IMG/VR virus record: IMGVR_UViG_3300037222_000065
Span: 1-24,054 of that record
DNA: 24,054 nt
Reading direction: 5' to 3' (one strand)
DNA from: a virus
Lineage: Duplodnaviria; Caudoviricetes
Program-made: the position numbers and the translations under genes
The notes under the pieces: generated by a model
What the model was told of the DNA's origin: nothing
Seen by the model: the letters and a program-made list of their open reading frames with translations, nothing else
Database searches by the model: none
Shown here: piece by piece, positions 23,590-24,054 of the stretch
Layout: the number at the start of each line of letters is the position of its first letter
How positions within the stretch are numbered: position 1 is the first letter of the stretch

Positions 23590-23949
23590 ATGACCACCCC
23601 TGCCGAATCACTATTCACAGCCCTCACCGGATTGGCCTCAGGCGGCGTATGGGCTGGGGTGGCCGCAGAGGGCACAGTTGCGCCATACATTGTTTACCAG
23701 AATATCGCCAATCCGACTAGAAACACACTGGATGGCGCGAGCAATCTTCAGAACAACCGCACGCAAATCGATTGTTTCGCCACCAGTTATTCGGCGGCGG
23801 CGACACTCGCGCGCGCCATCGATACGACGCTGGCGGCGGTGGGTTCAATGTACATAAAGATCAACGATCAGGGCCCGATGTATGAGCCGGACACCAAGCT
23901 ATATCGGGTATTGCTCGAATACTCAATCTGGGCAACCGACGAAGCCTAA
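23590..23949 (+). CDS. Tail terminator (DUF3168-like)
   Basis: APYIVYQNI..RTQIDCFATSY..A..YEPDTKLYR; position after the gp10-like gene. Confidence 0.85.
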   Translation: MTTPAESLFTALTGLASGGVWAGVAAEGTVAPYIVYQNIANPTRNTLDGASNLQNNRTQIDCFATSYSAAATLARAIDTTLAAVGSMYIKINDQGPMYEPDTKLYRVLLEYSIWATDEA

Positions 23950-24010
23950 CCGTTTCACCACGCACCACTCACCGTTCACGATATATCCGTTCGTGGTGAG
24001 GTATCGAACC

Positions 24011-24032
24011 ACCGCCCTCCGGCGGTTTTTTT
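24011..24032 (+). terminator. Intrinsic terminator-like hairpin before the next (probably tail tube) gene
   Basis: ACCGCC-CTCC-GGCGGT followed by a T-run; an SD AAGGAG follows at the window end. Confidence 0.65.
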
Positions 24033-24054
24033 ATTTCTAAACTAAAGGAGTCTG

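Larger units (their letters stand above)
1..24054. mobile_element. Temperate siphovirus-type phage/prophage segment (immunity to tail terminator); extends beyond both window edges
   Basis: Contiguous lambdoid gene order: cI/cro, replication, Q, HNH, terminase, head and neck genes. No att site or integrase in the window. Confidence 0.97.

Noticed and set aside
23944-23950. GCCTAAC at the tail terminator stop as another attC R'' box
   Set aside because: No L'' box, complementary arm or GTTRRRY follows.
1-24054. tRNA, rRNA, integrase, transposase or reverse transcriptase (DGR/retron) genes
   Set aside because: No cloverleaf, rRNA-like sequence or the corresponding catalytic motifs were recognised by eye.

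Overview
The window is the central part of a lambdoid/HK97-type (cos, long-tailed) temperate phage or prophage. A betaproteobacterial host is inferred from protein style and repeat types, not shown. Left to right it holds: an immunity region (cI/cro with three operators), early small genes, a VirE/VapE-type primase-helicase followed by an iterated inverted-repeat origin, a Q-like antiterminator with pR'/tR', an HNH nuclease, a putative cos, a ParB-DNA methyltransferase split by a G10 tract, and TerS/TerL. The head and neck genes follow (prohead protease, major capsid, portal, collagen-like protein, head-tail connector, head closure, HK97 gp10-like, tail terminator). About 7.2 kb of accessory DNA (14970-22229) splits the normally adjacent head-tail connector and head-closure genes. 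It contains (i) a self-contained moron with promoter/operator, HTH gene and terminator that carries integron-type attC sites on the minus strand, with cassette ORFs running antisense and starting inside the attC hairpin, and (ii) a cluster of three glycosyltransferase-like genes (Maf/DUF115-like, GT9-like, GT29 sialyltransferase-like) and four SAM-methyltransferase genes, a candidate virion glycan-decoration system. At least nine REP-like palindromes of two families lie in or between late genes; several are in frame or supply stop, start or SD signals. All functional calls come from motif recognition by eye; no database search was run.
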